This document shows positions 26,100 through 35,322 of a stretch of 64,000 nucleotides of DNA, in pieces. The position numbers were made by a program, and so were the translations under genes. How positions within the stretch are numbered: the stretch's first letter is position 1; each line of letters begins with the position of its first letter. Below the pieces are notes generated by a model. That model saw nothing but the letters and a program-made list of their open reading frames with translations, searched no databases and was not told the DNA's origin. Source of the stretch: Vulcanimicrobiota bacterium (lineage in GTDB: Bacteria; Vulcanimicrobiota; Xenobia; Xenobiales; JADMJV01); contig JBFWNU010000001.1 in assembly GCA_050250895.1 (NCBI GenBank), positions 1,512,008 through 1,576,007 on the forward strand, given 5' to 3'.

Positions 26100-26888
26100 A
26101 TGCCTATCCTCCTGCTCTTGCTGTTGCTGCTGTTCGGTTGTGAACAGGGCGATTCCGTCAGTCTCGACACCGGGGCCTCCGGGGTAACCCCGGCCACCCC
26201 CACGCCGGTCCTGCGGTTTCGGGTGGTGAACACCTTTCCCCACAATACTAACGCCTTCACCGAAGGTTTGTTGTTCTCGGGGGGCAACCTCTTCGAGAGC
26301 ACGGGTTTGCGAGGCCAGTCGTCGGTGCGCCGGGTCGATCTGACCACCGGCAACGTCCTCAACCAGACCAACCTGGCGGCCAACTTGTTTGGCGAAGGAT
26401 TGGCCTTGTTCAACAACCAGTTGTTCATGGTGACCCTGGAAGGCAACGGCTTTCTCTTCAACCCGGCCACGCTGGCCCAGCAGGGGGTCTTCACTATTCA
26501 GGGGCAAGGCTGGGGTTTGGCCAGCACTCCGACGGCGCTCATCATGAGCAACGGCAGCAACTTGATCCAGTTCCTCGACCCCAATACCCGGGCTGTTACC
26601 GGCGTGCTGGATGTTCGCGACCAGGGCATTCCCGTCAACGGCCTCAACGAACTCGAATTCGTGGACGGGATGATCCTGGCCAATATCTTTCCCACCGATC
26701 GCATCGCGGCCATCGACCCCTCCAACGGCCGGGTGATGTTCTACGTCAATCTCGACGGCATCATCAATAAGGCGACGCTGGGTCCCGAGGATGTCGCCAA
26801 CGGCATCGCGTTCGACCAGGGTGGGCAACGCCTGTTCGTGACCGGCAAACGGTGGCCCAGCCTCTTCGAGATCCAGATCGTCCCCTAA
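26100..26888 (+). CDS. Glutaminyl-peptide cyclotransferase (bacterial/plant-type QC) lipoprotein
   Basis: FPHNTNAFTEGL, ESTGLRG, FGEGL, QGWGL, LNELE, NGIAFD, VTGKRWP; lipobox LFGC. Confidence 0.9.
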   Translation: MPILLLLLLLLFGCEQGDSVSLDTGASGVTPATPTPVLRFRVVNTFPHNTNAFTEGLLFSGGNLFESTGLRGQSSVRRVDLTTGNVLNQTNLAANLFGEGLALFNNQLFMVTLEGNGFLFNPATLAQQGVFTIQGQGWGLASTPTALIMSNGSNLIQFLDPNTRAVTGVLDVRDQGIPVNGLNELEFVDGMILANIFPTDRIAAIDPSNGRVMFYVNLDGIINKATLGPEDVANGIAFDQGGQRLFVTGKRWPSLFEIQIVP

Positions 26889-27052
26889 GGGTCCACCAAT
26901 CCGGCCTTCGGCGCGAAGCGCCGCCGCCGCAAGCTGGAGCCTTGACACGGGGGTGGGCGCAAGCTGGTGTTTTAGCGCGGAGTTCAGCGGAGGACGCAAA
27001 GGCCGCGGAGGGGTTGCAGGCTTGGGGGAGTAGGCTCTCTAGTGATTTTTCT

Positions 27053-27239
27053 GGTTGAGGCCGGTGCGGCTGGAAGGTCTTCCCACCTTCCACCGTAGTT
27101 CAAGACGCCGGCCAGGTGGTGCCGTGTGTGGTAGCGCCGTACTCGGGGGGGATGCTCTTCCTTCCGTGCTTGAGAGTGGTCTCCACCTTGAGCGGGACCG
27201 GGCAAAGCCCTAACCCATAAATTCGCCAGGACGCTCACC
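27053..27239 (+). ncRNA. ssrS: Probable 6S RNA
   Basis: 187 nt; ends pair (GGTTGAG/CTCACC); inner stem CCGG..AGGTGG / CCACCT..CCGG; CCACCT-TGAGCGGG resembles the Firmicutes-type 6S 3' motif. Confidence 0.6.
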
Positions 27240-27293
27240 TCACGCCCCCCACGACCCTCTCCGTGCCCTCCTGATCTCCGCGGTTTATTTCTC

Positions 27294-27468
27294 CGGCGCT
27301 GCGCGCCGCGCCGCTGGGGGGACTCCAGCGAACGTCCCCCCGGACGCGGCTTGACGGGACCGATGAGAACGAAGGTCCCGTCAAGCTAAACTGCGCGGGT
27401 AGCGGCGTTCCCATCGGTCCCTTCGGCGCTGCGCGCCGCGCCGCTGGGGGGACTCCGGCGAGCGTCCC
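27294..27468. repeat. Two 45-bp GC-rich direct repeats flanking an inverted repeat (REP/BIME/MITE-like)
   Basis: 27294-27338 and 27424-27468 differ at 2 positions; GCTTGACGGGACC/GGTCCCGTCAAGC lies between them. Confidence 0.75.
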
Positions 27469-27483
27469 GAGAAGGCCAGCCAG

Positions 27484-28641
27484 ATGGAGAGCTTTCGCCA
27501 GCAACTCAGGGCTCGGCTGGAAGGCATCCTGGCTCCCCGCCTGGAGCGCATTGAGCGAGACCAGAGCTGGCAGGCGCAGACCGAGGCCCTGAGCGAACTG
27601 GGAGAGCACGGCTACCTGGCCATGCTGTTCGCAGACTCGTTCCCCGGGGCTGTGCCTGGCCGGGGGTTGGTGGCCACGGCCGTGATGTCCGAAGAGCTGG
27701 CTTATCTCAACTACGCCTTCGAGACCACCGTGGCCAGCACGCTCAGTTGCGCCAAGACCTTCTACGATTACGCCCCGGACGGGCTCAAGCAGCGCTATCT
27801 GCCGGGTATTCTGCGAGGTAGCGAAGTGAGCGCCATCGGCATGACCGAACCCCAGGCGGGCTCGGATGCCGCGGCCATGAAGACCCGCCTCGAGGTCGAC
27901 GGTGATCACTACGTCATCACCGGGTTCAAGCGCTACATCTCGAATGCCGGGGTGGCTTCCAGCTATCTCGTCTATGGGCTCACCGACCCTGCTCAGGGCG
28001 CGGCCAGAGGGATGACGGCCGTGGTGGTTCCGGCCGACACGCCGGGGCTGTCATGTCCACGCACCTATAGCTTCATGGGTCGAAACGGCTCGGTGGTGGG
28101 CGAGGTGAAGCTGGAAGGGTGCCGGGTGCCGGCGACCAACGTGTTGGGCCAGGTCGGCGGGGGCTTCAAGATCATGCTGAGTATGCTCAACTTCGAACGC
28201 ATTCTGGTGGGAGCCTCGAGTCTGGGCGTGGCCCGCAGTGCCTTCGACGAGGCTCGGCGTCACGCCCAACAGCGTCACGCGTTCGGCCAACCGCTGGGTT
28301 CCAAGCAGCTGATTTGGAGCCGCATCGCCGACATGAGTTGGCGCATCGACAGCGCCCGCGCGCTGACCTATGCAGCGGCTCGGTGCTACGATGAGGGCGC
28401 CCGCGGCAAAGCGTTGATGAAAGAGGCGGCCACCGCCAAGCTGGTGGGTTCGGAGGCAGCCGGTTTTTGCGCCGATGCGGCCGTGCAGATTCTGGGCGGC
28501 GACGGACTGACCAAGGAATATGGGCGGGTCGAGCAGATCTATCGCGATGCCCGAGCGCTGACCATTGCGGGTGGAACCAGCGAGATGGTGCGCTATCTGA
28601 TCGCCCGCACGGCTTTGCCCGATATCGCTCTCAACCTGTAA
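27484..28641 (+). CDS. Acyl-CoA dehydrogenase
   Basis: GMTEPQAGSD, GFKRYISNA, RHAFGQPL, QILGGDG, YRDARALTIAGGTSE. Confidence 0.93.
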   Translation: MESFRQQLRARLEGILAPRLERIERDQSWQAQTEALSELGEHGYLAMLFADSFPGAVPGRGLVATAVMSEELAYLNYAFETTVASTLSCAKTFYDYAPDGLKQRYLPGILRGSEVSAIGMTEPQAGSDAAAMKTRLEVDGDHYVITGFKRYISNAGVASSYLVYGLTDPAQGAARGMTAVVVPADTPGLSCPRTYSFMGRNGSVVGEVKLEGCRVPATNVLGQVGGGFKIMLSMLNFERILVGASSLGVARSAFDEARRHAQQRHAFGQPLGSKQLIWSRIADMSWRIDSARALTYAAARCYDEGARGKALMKEAATAKLVGSEAAGFCADAAVQILGGDGLTKEYGRVEQIYRDARALTIAGGTSEMVRYLIARTALPDIALNL

Positions 28642-28651
28642 GGAGGACGCA

Positions 28652-30229
28652 ATGGCCATCGACATCGCTTCCATTCTGCGGCGGGCTGCCGACCGCTATC
28701 CCCAGCGCGAGGCCCTGGTCTTTGAAGAGAAACGCTTCACCTATGCCGAGTGGAACGAGAGGGTCAATCGCTTCGCTTTTGCCCTCTCTGAGCTGGGCAT
28801 CTGCCCGGGGGACCGGGTGGCCTTTTATTTGACCAACTCGGAAGGGTCGGTGACCACCCACTTCGCCTGCCAGAAGCTGGGGGCGGTATCGGTGCCCATC
28901 AACTTTCGCCTGGGTCGGACCGAACTCGAGCAGATCGTGCGCGACGCGGGAGCCCGGGTACTGGTCTACAGCCAGTTCGCAACCGAGGAGGTGGCGGCCA
29001 TGGCTCGCAATCTGCGCAGCGTCCACGACTTCATCTCGGCGGCCGAGTCAGACCAGGAGGTCCCCGAGGGGCATCATCGCTTCTTTGACCTGATCGACAA
29101 GCAACCCAACCACCGCGAACCCAACCATCGTAACCAGGCCGACACGATTTCGGCGCTGATCTACACCTCCGGCACCACCGGCCGGGCCAAAGGGGTCGTT
29201 CACACTCACGGCAACGACTTCCATATCGCCATGAACTGCGTGATGGAATACAGCCTGCGCCGAGCCGATCGGGCTCTGCATATTGCTCCGCTCTATCACG
29301 TGGGGGGAATGCAGGCCTTCTTCATTCCCCACGCCCTGGTGGGCGGCGCCAACGTGGTGATGGGACGCTACGACTGTCTCAAGACGATGGAGACCATCGA
29401 GCGCGAGAAGATCACCTCACTGTTTGCCGTGCCGGTCCAACTCGAAGAGATGCTCGACCATCCGCGTCGGGGAGAGTTCGATCTGTCGAGCCTGCGCCTC
29501 ATCACCACGGGGGGGGCGGCCTCTACCAGCAACACCCTGCGGCGTGTGGTCGATGAACTTTGTCCAGGAGTTTTCAACGGCTACGGCATGACCGAGGGCA
29601 GTTTGACCCTGTTACTGCATCCCGAAGATGTGGCCGACCGACCCGAGTCGTGCGGTAAGCCCACGCTGATCACCGATGCTCGTGTCATCCGCCATCAAGA
29701 AGGCGTCCCGTCGAACCCTGACGAGGTGGTGCCCACTGGCGAGAAGGGCCAACTGGTGGTGCGTGGGCCTCAGGTGACTCCGGGCTACTGGAACAATACC
29801 GCCGCCACCGTCGACAAACTCAGGCTGGGCTGGCTGCACACCGGCGATGTGTTCAGCCGTGACGAAGACGGCTTCTTCTATTTTCACGGCCGGGTCGACG
29901 ATATGATCGTCAGCGGCGGCGAGAACGTCTATCCGCGCGAGGTGGAGGAGGCCGTGCTCGGCCACGCCGGAGTCGGCTCGGTAGCGGTGGTGGGTTTGCC
30001 CCACCAACGCTGGGGGCAGGCGGTGACGGCGGTGGTGGTGGCCAAAGGCCCTGAGGTGACGGCCGAGAGCGTGCTCGAGTTTTGCCGCCAACAGAGCGGT
30101 CTGGCTCGCTACAAGTGTCCCAAGATGGTGCTGCTGGTCGAGGAGCTACCCCGCAACCCCACCGGCAAGATCCAGCGCTTTCGCCTGGTCGAGCAGTTTC
30201 GCGAGGTGTACGCCGAGGTGATCCGATGA
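28652..30229 (+). CDS. Acyl-CoA synthetase (AMP-forming, long-chain fatty acid-CoA ligase family)
   Basis: YTSGTTGRAKG, GYGMTEG, GWLHTGD, GRVDDMIVSGGENVYP, PRNPTGKI. Confidence 0.93.
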   Translation: MAIDIASILRRAADRYPQREALVFEEKRFTYAEWNERVNRFAFALSELGICPGDRVAFYLTNSEGSVTTHFACQKLGAVSVPINFRLGRTELEQIVRDAGARVLVYSQFATEEVAAMARNLRSVHDFISAAESDQEVPEGHHRFFDLIDKQPNHREPNHRNQADTISALIYTSGTTGRAKGVVHTHGNDFHIAMNCVMEYSLRRADRALHIAPLYHVGGMQAFFIPHALVGGANVVMGRYDCLKTMETIEREKITSLFAVPVQLEEMLDHPRRGEFDLSSLRLITTGGAASTSNTLRRVVDELCPGVFNGYGMTEGSLTLLLHPEDVADRPESCGKPTLITDARVIRHQEGVPSNPDEVVPTGEKGQLVVRGPQVTPGYWNNTAATVDKLRLGWLHTGDVFSRDEDGFFYFHGRVDDMIVSGGENVYPREVEEAVLGHAGVGSVAVVGLPHQRWGQAVTAVVVAKGPEVTAESVLEFCRQQSGLARYKCPKMVLLVEELPRNPTGKIQRFRLVEQFREVYAEVIR

Positions 30230-31107
30230 AGTTGCGAGTGGGCGTGGCCCAGATGGAATGCGAACTGGGCAATCTGGCCAAGAACCTCGAGCGGATGGAA
30301 GAGTTCGTCGCTCAGGCCGAGGCCGACCAGATCGACCTGCTGGTTTTTCCAGAGCTGGCTTTGAGCGGCTATTCGGTGCGCGGACGCTTTCACGAGATGG
30401 CGGTTCGCCTGGACAGTCCCGAGGTCGTCAAGCTGCGCGAACTCTCGCGGCGGGTCGCGATGGCCGTCGGCCTGATCGAAGAGACCCGGGAAATCGAGTT
30501 CTACAACAGCGCGGTGTACTTTGCCGATGGCAAGATTCGCCATGTCCATCGCAAGATCTATCTGCCCACCTATGGCGTCTTCGAAGAGAAGCGCTTCTTT
30601 GCCCAGGGCCGCGACATGCAAGCGTTCGACACGCGCCACGGGCGGATGGCCATGCTGGTTTGCGGCGATTGCTGGCATCTGCCGCTGCCGTATACCGCCG
30701 TTCACGACGGAGCCGACCTGCTGCTGTTTTTGGTGGCCAGTTCTCGCGAGGGACTGGCCGAGTCGGTGGATTCAGCCGCTGGCTGGCATCGACTCAACCA
30801 GACCTACGCCCTTACGATGGGGGCCTTCGTGATCTTTTCCAACCGTGCCGGTAGCGAAGAGGGGCTCAATTTTTACGGAGCTTCCCAGATCATCTTGCCC
30901 AATGGCGAGGTGGCCTGCCAGGCCGCCTTCGACCAGCCCGACCTCATCGCCGCCGACCTGGACATGAGCCAGTTGCGCCGCCAGCGCATCATTTTGCCCT
31001 TTCGGCGCGACGACCACCTCGAAACCACCTTGCGCCTGACCCGAGAAGTCATGGTCCGCAAGAGCGAGCGGCAACGACGCTTCGTGAGCGAATTCGAAGA
31101 GGCCTAG
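30226..31107 (+). CDS. Nitrilase-superfamily carbon-nitrogen hydrolase (similar to the glutaminase domain of NAD synthetase)
   Basis: E-K-C triad: FPELALSGY, HRKIYLPTYGVFEEKRFF, LVCGDCWH; ATGA overlap. Confidence 0.88.
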   Translation: MKLRVGVAQMECELGNLAKNLERMEEFVAQAEADQIDLLVFPELALSGYSVRGRFHEMAVRLDSPEVVKLRELSRRVAMAVGLIEETREIEFYNSAVYFADGKIRHVHRKIYLPTYGVFEEKRFFAQGRDMQAFDTRHGRMAMLVCGDCWHLPLPYTAVHDGADLLLFLVASSREGLAESVDSAAGWHRLNQTYALTMGAFVIFSNRAGSEEGLNFYGASQIILPNGEVACQAAFDQPDLIAADLDMSQLRRQRIILPFRRDDHLETTLRLTREVMVRKSERQRRFVSEFEEA

Positions 31108-31119
31108 CGGAGCGCCGTG

Positions 31120-31128
31120 TGTTATACT
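31120..31128 (+). promoter_or_regulatory. Extended -10 element immediately before ATG (probable leaderless mRNA)
   Basis: TGTTATACT, 6 nt, then ATG 31135; no SD. Confidence 0.5.
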
Positions 31129-31134
31129 CCTGCT

Positions 31135-32790
31135 ATGAACCGGGGCAGGGGCTTTTCGCTAGGTGCAGCTCTGTTGGTGGTGATGATCGTATCGCTACTG
31201 GGAGTCACCATCGCCGGGATGAGCGTGACCCATCAGGGCTTGCTGCTTCATTCCGAGAATTCGACCCGGGCCCGCAACGCGGCGCGATCGCTCATCGAGC
31301 GAGCGATGGCGGGAATCTTCGACGGTAGCCTGGCCCCCGACGCCACCCTGACCGACCAGGGCACCGGCTATGAAGCGGTGCTGACCTTCGATCCGTCCGA
31401 GGCCGATGCCCGCCAGATTCCCGTCTCGATCAACAATCTAGAAGGCTCGAACTCGGTCAAGAATCCCAATAACGGCGGGTTGGTGCCGGCCGCCACCGCC
31501 CGGCTGGTGGCCTGGTCGCGTTATCGTGGGCAGGTTCATCAGGTGGAAGTCTTGCTCTATGTGCCGCCTTATCCTTACGCTCTGGCTTGTGCCGGGCCGC
31601 TGGATGCTCCCACCGGCGTGATTGTGGGCGAACTCATGGATTATGCCGTCAGCGGTCCCCTCGAGAATCTGCCCCTGGCTCCGGCCGATCTCGGTTCGGG
31701 CAGTGTCGCCTCGAATGCGGTGCTGTTGGGCGGGCGTAGTCGCGTCACCGGCAACGTCGAGACCCCCGGTCAGATCGTGCTCCAGGACCAGGCGGTCATC
31801 GACGGTGAGCGGCGGGGAGGTTGGGGTGACGTGCCCATTCCGGCTCTGGACCCTACCGATTATGACCCCCTTACCCGGGGCCTCACCACCCTGCCTTTGC
31901 CGGCGGCGGGCACTCCGCTGACCCAGGTCTATCGCGAGACCGGCGATCGCACCGTCGACTCGCTCGACCTGCAGAACGGCTTTGTCTATATCGAGGGTAA
32001 CCTGACGGTCAACAACGGGGTGACCGGGCAGGGAGTGCTGGTGACCACCGGTGCTCTGACCATCAACGGCGGCACCGACATTCGCCAGTCGCTGCTCGAT
32101 CTGGCCCTGGTCAGCGGGGGCAAGACCACCCTCACCGGGGCTGGGCCCGAGACCTCTGCCTTTCACGGCGTGGTCTATGCCGGCGGCGGGCTCGAGGCTC
32201 GGCGCATCGCCGTGGTGGGCACGCTGATCGCCAACAACGCGGCCGTGCCGGTCAGCCTCGAAGAAGTGGCCGTCTTCGAAAAGCCTGGCGAAGAGGGACC
32301 CAAACCGGGCCTAGCCCAACTCGGGGTCACGCGCGGTCCCCTTTATCTAGGAACTCAACACGCCCTGGCCAAGGCCATCAGCGTTCAAGACTACAGCGGC
32401 GTGTGGACCACTCAGGGAACCCCGAGCAACGCCTTGCTCAAGTTCGAAGCCACCCCCGTGTTAGTCAGCGGCCAGGTCACCTATGACTATACCTTGACCA
32501 CCTTGACCACCCCCGCGCTGGTCTTGAGCGGACGAGGACGCAACGCTTTGAGCGGCGACATCGGCGTGACCTCGGGCCAGATGAACCCTTTTCGCCAGGC
32601 CTTCGGTCTGCAGAACGGCAACGTTGGCCGCTACGGGTTATCGACGCTGCTAACTTATCTCGACGAGTTTGCGGCCGGGGTAGATACCGGCGACGAACCG
32701 CCCGTCAACCCGGCTTTGATCCTCGAGGACCTGAGCAAGATTCTGCGCCTGGCCGACCGGGTGCGGGTGTTGGAGTGGGTCGAACGGTGA
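31135..32790 (+). CDS. PilX/GspK-like large minor pilin with a C-terminal beta-helix-like region
   Basis: Prepilin-like RGRG^FSLGAALLVVMIV lacking Glu5; ARNAARS; FVYIEGNLTV..GQGVLVTTGALTI. Confidence 0.7.
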   Translation: MNRGRGFSLGAALLVVMIVSLLGVTIAGMSVTHQGLLLHSENSTRARNAARSLIERAMAGIFDGSLAPDATLTDQGTGYEAVLTFDPSEADARQIPVSINNLEGSNSVKNPNNGGLVPAATARLVAWSRYRGQVHQVEVLLYVPPYPYALACAGPLDAPTGVIVGELMDYAVSGPLENLPLAPADLGSGSVASNAVLLGGRSRVTGNVETPGQIVLQDQAVIDGERRGGWGDVPIPALDPTDYDPLTRGLTTLPLPAAGTPLTQVYRETGDRTVDSLDLQNGFVYIEGNLTVNNGVTGQGVLVTTGALTINGGTDIRQSLLDLALVSGGKTTLTGAGPETSAFHGVVYAGGGLEARRIAVVGTLIANNAAVPVSLEEVAVFEKPGEEGPKPGLAQLGVTRGPLYLGTQHALAKAISVQDYSGVWTTQGTPSNALLKFEATPVLVSGQVTYDYTLTTLTTPALVLSGRGRNALSGDIGVTSGQMNPFRQAFGLQNGNVGRYGLSTLLTYLDEFAAGVDTGDEPPVNPALILEDLSKILRLADRVRVLEWVER

Positions 32791-33155
32791 AGCGAGGACA
32801 CTCTCTGGCCGAAGTGGTCATTTCGATCTTCCTGCTGGGGTTGGTGGTGGGAGCCATTCTCAATTTGTGGCCCACCTCGCTGCTTTCGGTCGAGCGTAAC
32901 GAGGCTCGTATGCAGGCCATGCATCTGGCCCAAAACGGGCTCGAGACCGTGGCTCGGGAGCCCTTTCAAAAGCTGCTGGTGCGACCGGTTCAGGTCGAGA
33001 CGATCGGGCGCGACGGGCGCGACTTCGTGCGCCGCCTCACGGTCACGGGCCTGGGTCCGTCACTATGCGAGTTGGTGGTCGAAGTGAGCTGGGAGGATCA
33101 CGGCCGCCAGGCCAGGGTGGAGGAGAGGCTGTTTGTCTCGGAACTTCACCGCTAG
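32787..33155 (+). CDS. PilV-like minor pilin
   Basis: KRG^HSLAEVVISIFLLGLVV; AMHLAQNGLE; VEVSW; GTGA overlap. Confidence 0.75.
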   Translation: MKRGHSLAEVVISIFLLGLVVGAILNLWPTSLLSVERNEARMQAMHLAQNGLETVAREPFQKLLVRPVQVETIGRDGRDFVRRLTVTGLGPSLCELVVEVSWEDHGRQARVEERLFVSELHR

Positions 33156-33750
33156 AGCCGGATTGAGTTTGCTCGAAGTGCTGGTGGCCATGGGGCTGGC
33201 CGCCCTGGTCGCCACCTATTTTCTGGCGATTCTGATTCCCAGTATCCGACATACCGGACGGGCCACCGCTCGGGCTAGTCTGGCCGAAGAAGCCATGCTC
33301 GTGTTCGACCACCTCGAGAAGGACCTGCGGGGTGCGGCGGCGCCCACCGTCTTTGACTATCAAGAGGCTGACGGCACCCGCTGGGTGGCCATCCAGCGAT
33401 TGATGGGAGTCGGCGCCTCGCGCACCCAGCGCTGGGACAGTCAAGAGGCCCCCTTCGCCGGAGTGGTCTATCGCTTCGGTGGCCCGTCCTTTCGGTTGGT
33501 GCGCTACGCTGACGTCGATTTGCAGTTGGTGGGCCTGGAAGACCCCAGCCTGACCAAGGTGAAAACGGCGGTGTCCGGCGCCCGCCAGGTCGAGATGGCA
33601 CCCCATCTGAGCGAGCTGCGCTGGCAAGAGGACACGGCCACCGGCCTCATGACGGTGGGCCTGACGCTGACGCGCAAAGATCCGGATCTGCAGCTGACCT
33701 TAGAGCGTGTGCTGGCTCCCCGCAACAGCCTGCGCACTTCGCACGAATAG
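33133..33750 (+). CDS. PilW/GspJ-like minor pilin
   Basis: RAG^LSLLEVLVAMGL; HLEKDLRGA. Confidence 0.75.
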   Translation: MSRNFTARAGLSLLEVLVAMGLAALVATYFLAILIPSIRHTGRATARASLAEEAMLVFDHLEKDLRGAAAPTVFDYQEADGTRWVAIQRLMGVGASRTQRWDSQEAPFAGVVYRFGGPSFRLVRYADVDLQLVGLEDPSLTKVKTAVSGARQVEMAPHLSELRWQEDTATGLMTVGLTLTRKDPDLQLTLERVLAPRNSLRTSHE

Positions 33751-35322
33751 CTAGAGCGCTTTGAGCAGGCTGAGGGTGGGAGAGAGAGTGGCGATCAGGA
33801 ACACGGCCACGATGGCTCCCACCAGCATGGTCAGCAGAGGCTCGATCAAGGCGGGCAGGCTCTCGAGCCAGCGCGTCAACTCTTCTTCGGCCACCCGAGC
33901 CAGGCCCAACAGAATGCCTTCCAGTTGTCCCGCCTGCTCACCCACCTCGAGCAGGGCCAGAAAAGAGGGGTCGAAGCAGTTGGTACGTCCGAGCGCTTCG
34001 GTCAGGCCGGCTCCCGACTTGATGTCTTCGACCAGCTGCTGGGCCTGTCCGTTCAGGCGCTGGTGACCGGCCACGCGCACCGCCTGCGCCAGGCCTTCGA
34101 GCAGGTTCTGGCCGGCCCGCAGCGAGAGGTAAAGAGCGCGGGCCAACCTGGCTTGCATGGCCTGGCGCGAGAGGGCACCCAGGACCGGCACTCCTTCGGC
34201 CAGGAATTGCACTCGGTTTCGGCGACTCTGGCCGCCCGGGGCCGGGCCCATCCACCAGCCCAGGGCCCCCAGTCCCAGGACGAGAGTCAGCCAGGTGCCG
34301 GGCCAGGCGGCCCAGTTCGAAAACGTCATGAGGGCTCGGGTCAGCAGCGGTATGGTCGCGCCCGAGGCTTGCAAGAATTCGAGCTGGCCTTTGAGTAGCA
34401 GGGGGGGAATGAGCACTGCTCCCAGCAGGCACAGGCCCAGCACGAAGGCTGGGTAGATCAGGGCGCTGCGCAGGCGGTGGGCCTGGGCTTGAGAGCGCTC
34501 TTGATAGTCGGCTAGCAACTCGAGCACCTCTTGGAGCGTGCCCGACTCTTCGCCGGTGCGTACCATCTCGACCTGAAAGGCGTTAAACACTCGAGGAAAG
34601 CTCTGCAGGGCCTTCGACAGGGGGCGGCCCTGGTGGATCCGGGCGGCGAGGTGCTCGACCACCTCGACCATGCGGGGGTCTTCCTGGTCGCGGACCAGGC
34701 AGGCGAAGCACTCGGTGACCGGTAGGCCCACCTTGAGCATAGTGGCCAGGCTGCGCAGAAAGAGGCTGACCGAGCGCCCCCGCGGCGCCGAGGTGAGGTT
34801 GGGCGTGGCGCTGACAGGGGCGGGCGCCGCGGCCACCATCGGGCGAGCTCGTTGTTGCTTGTCGGGGAGGGGAATGTCGAGGCGTTCGCCCTCGAAGAGG
34901 GTGGCCTCGAGCCGGCGGGCGCAGGTGAGCAGCCACTTGAGGTCGTCGTGAAGAAAAGCCGGCGAGCGGGCCTGGCGATCGGCGTAGAGAATGCCCCATA
35001 CTCCGTGGCTGGGGTGAAACAGCGGGGCGGCCACGATCGAGCGCACGTCGCTGACTTGCAGGCTGGCGGCGTCGCGAAAATCGGGATGACGGCTGGCGTC
35101 GGCCGTCCACAGCGGTTGGGCGCTATGGAAGACCTTGCGAAAGACGGTGGTGCTCATGGGCGCCTCGGCCAGGCCGACGCATTTTTCCAGGCCATGGGCG
35201 CCCTCGATCTGATAGTCCTGACCGTGGGGGCTGGATAAAATCAGGGCCCGGTCCGGGCGAAGAGCAGCTACCATGACCTGCATGGCGTTGGTGAGGGTCT
35301 CCTGGCGCGAAGGGTCGCTCAC
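33751..35322 (-). CDS. GAF domain fused to a PilC/GspF platform protein
   Basis: GAF: DVRSIVAAPL..GVWGILYAD; T2SSF: FLRSLATMLKVGLP, GEESGTL, ALIYP, VGEQAGQL, LIEP. Confidence 0.85.
   Translation of the reverse strand: MSDPSRQETLTNAMQVMVAALRPDRALILSSPHGQDYQIEGAHGLEKCVGLAEAPMSTTVFRKVFHSAQPLWTADASRHPDFRDAASLQVSDVRSIVAAPLFHPSHGVWGILYADRQARSPAFLHDDLKWLLTCARRLEATLFEGERLDIPLPDKQQRARPMVAAAPAPVSATPNLTSAPRGRSVSLFLRSLATMLKVGLPVTECFACLVRDQEDPRMVEVVEHLAARIHQGRPLSKALQSFPRVFNAFQVEMVRTGEESGTLQEVLELLADYQERSQAQAHRLRSALIYPAFVLGLCLLGAVLIPPLLLKGQLEFLQASGATIPLLTRALMTFSNWAAWPGTWLTLVLGLGALGWWMGPAPGGQSRRNRVQFLAEGVPVLGALSRQAMQARLARALYLSLRAGQNLLEGLAQAVRVAGHQRLNGQAQQLVEDIKSGAGLTEALGRTNCFDPSFLALLEVGEQAGQLEGILLGLARVAEEELTRWLESLPALIEPLLTMLVGAIVAVFLIATLSPTLSLLKAL

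Noticed and set aside
26039-26494. N-terminal extension of ORF 25010..26494
   Set aside because: It overlaps the clear glutaminyl cyclase on the opposite strand; a better start precedes the TM anchor.
26984-27238. 84-aa minus-strand ORF
   Set aside because: No recognisable motifs; it coincides with the probable 6S RNA on the + strand.
27349-27390. Hammerhead ribozyme (GATGAG...GAA in the loop)
   Set aside because: Lacks the CUGANGA and GAAA core and a three-stem arrangement.
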